Shown here in pieces: positions 63,561 through 64,000 of a stretch of 64,000 bases of DNA. Where the stretch lies: NCBI GenBank assembly GCA_963824465.1, contig CAWGPL010000008.1:1820-65819 (forward strand), given 5' to 3'. The DNA is from an uncultured Alphaproteobacteria bacterium (GTDB lineage: Bacteria > Pseudomonadota > Alphaproteobacteria > Rhizobiales > Beijerinckiaceae). The notes under the pieces were generated by a model, which worked only from the letters and a program-made list of their open reading frames with translations, ran no database searches and was not told where the DNA came from. A program made the position numbers and the translations under genes. Positions within the stretch are counted from its first letter, which is position 1; every line of letters starts with the position of its first letter.

Positions 63561-64000
63561 TCACTCCGCCTCACGCCTCCCCGCGTCCACAATGGCTCGC
63601 AGCGATGGGTCGCGAGCGATGGCTTCCTCGTTGAGACGATTGCATGCGGCCTCGATCCCATTCTGCAGCTTGCGGGCAAATTCGGCTCGCCTGAGCCCCG
63701 GTGGGATCGCCGGTAGATATTCGACGACCGCAACGCCGGGCCGGCGCAGGAAGTCACGGCGTCGCCAGAAGAGCCCGGTGTTGACTGCGACCGGGAGGCA
63801 GGACACATTCGACTCGGCGTATAGGAAGGCGACCCCTTGCTTGTAGCGGGGCGGGGCCCCGGGCGGGCGCCGCGTGCCTTCCGGATAAACCATGATTTGC
63901 CGGCCGGCGGCTAGCACCGGCTTCGCCTTGCCGACAAGGTCCTGCAACGCCCTGACGCCCTTGCCCCGGTCGATGGCGATCTGTCTCGATATGATCAAGT
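63561..64000 (-). CDS. 1-acyl-sn-glycerol-3-phosphate acyltransferase (PlsC family), 5' part outside window
   Basis: IAIDR, YPEGTRR, PVAVNTGLFW, VEYLPAIPPGL. Confidence 0.88.
   Translation of the reverse strand, partial: LIISRQIAIDRGKGVRALQDLVGKAKPVLAAGRQIMVYPEGTRRPPGAPPRYKQGVAFLYAESNVSCLPVAVNTGLFWRRRDFLRRPGVAVVEYLPAIPPGLRRAEFARKLQNGIEAACNRLNEEAIARDPSLRAIVDAGRREAE

Noticed and set aside
1-64000. Widespread pseudogenisation or programmed frameshifting
   Set aside because: Breaks also hit essential genes (dnaA, pyrD), I noticed no premature in-frame stops or truncations, and the indels sit at GANTC sites or homopolymers, as expected for sequencing error.

Overview
High-GC alphaproteobacterial chromosome segment. 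The chpT/eipA/DUF4167/DUF952-pyrD genes, an Irr-type ICE box and the rha cluster point to Hyphomicrobiales; this placement is an inference. The first half (1-31.7 kb) is accessory metabolism: an Atu-like acyl-CoA carboxylase/hydratase/dehydrogenase/AtuA block, a type II flavin monooxygenase, a LacI-regulated sugar ABC transporter, a DsbA-NhaA fusion, efeUOB(M) iron uptake, a methyltransferase and an L-rhamnose locus. The second half holds core genes (ileS-lspA, chpT, cysQ, eipA, DAHP synthase, secE-nusG, msrP, dnaA, pyrD, plsC) out of their usual operons, mixed with envelope genes. No rRNA, tRNA, CRISPR array, transposase or phage gene was recognised. Many genes, including essential dnaA, are split by single-base indels. 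A striking share of these indels and of non-conservative substitutions fall on GANTC (CcrM) motifs, so they are treated as long-read artefacts rather than pseudogenes. The best candidate for an undescribed system is a twin-arginine-signal protein L-isoaspartyl methyltransferase followed by a ~14-TM MFS-like membrane protein with an inserted, probably periplasmic SAM-binding domain (55.8-59.5 kb), which suggests SAM-dependent methylation outside the cytoplasm. All calls come from motif recognition by eye; no database search was run.
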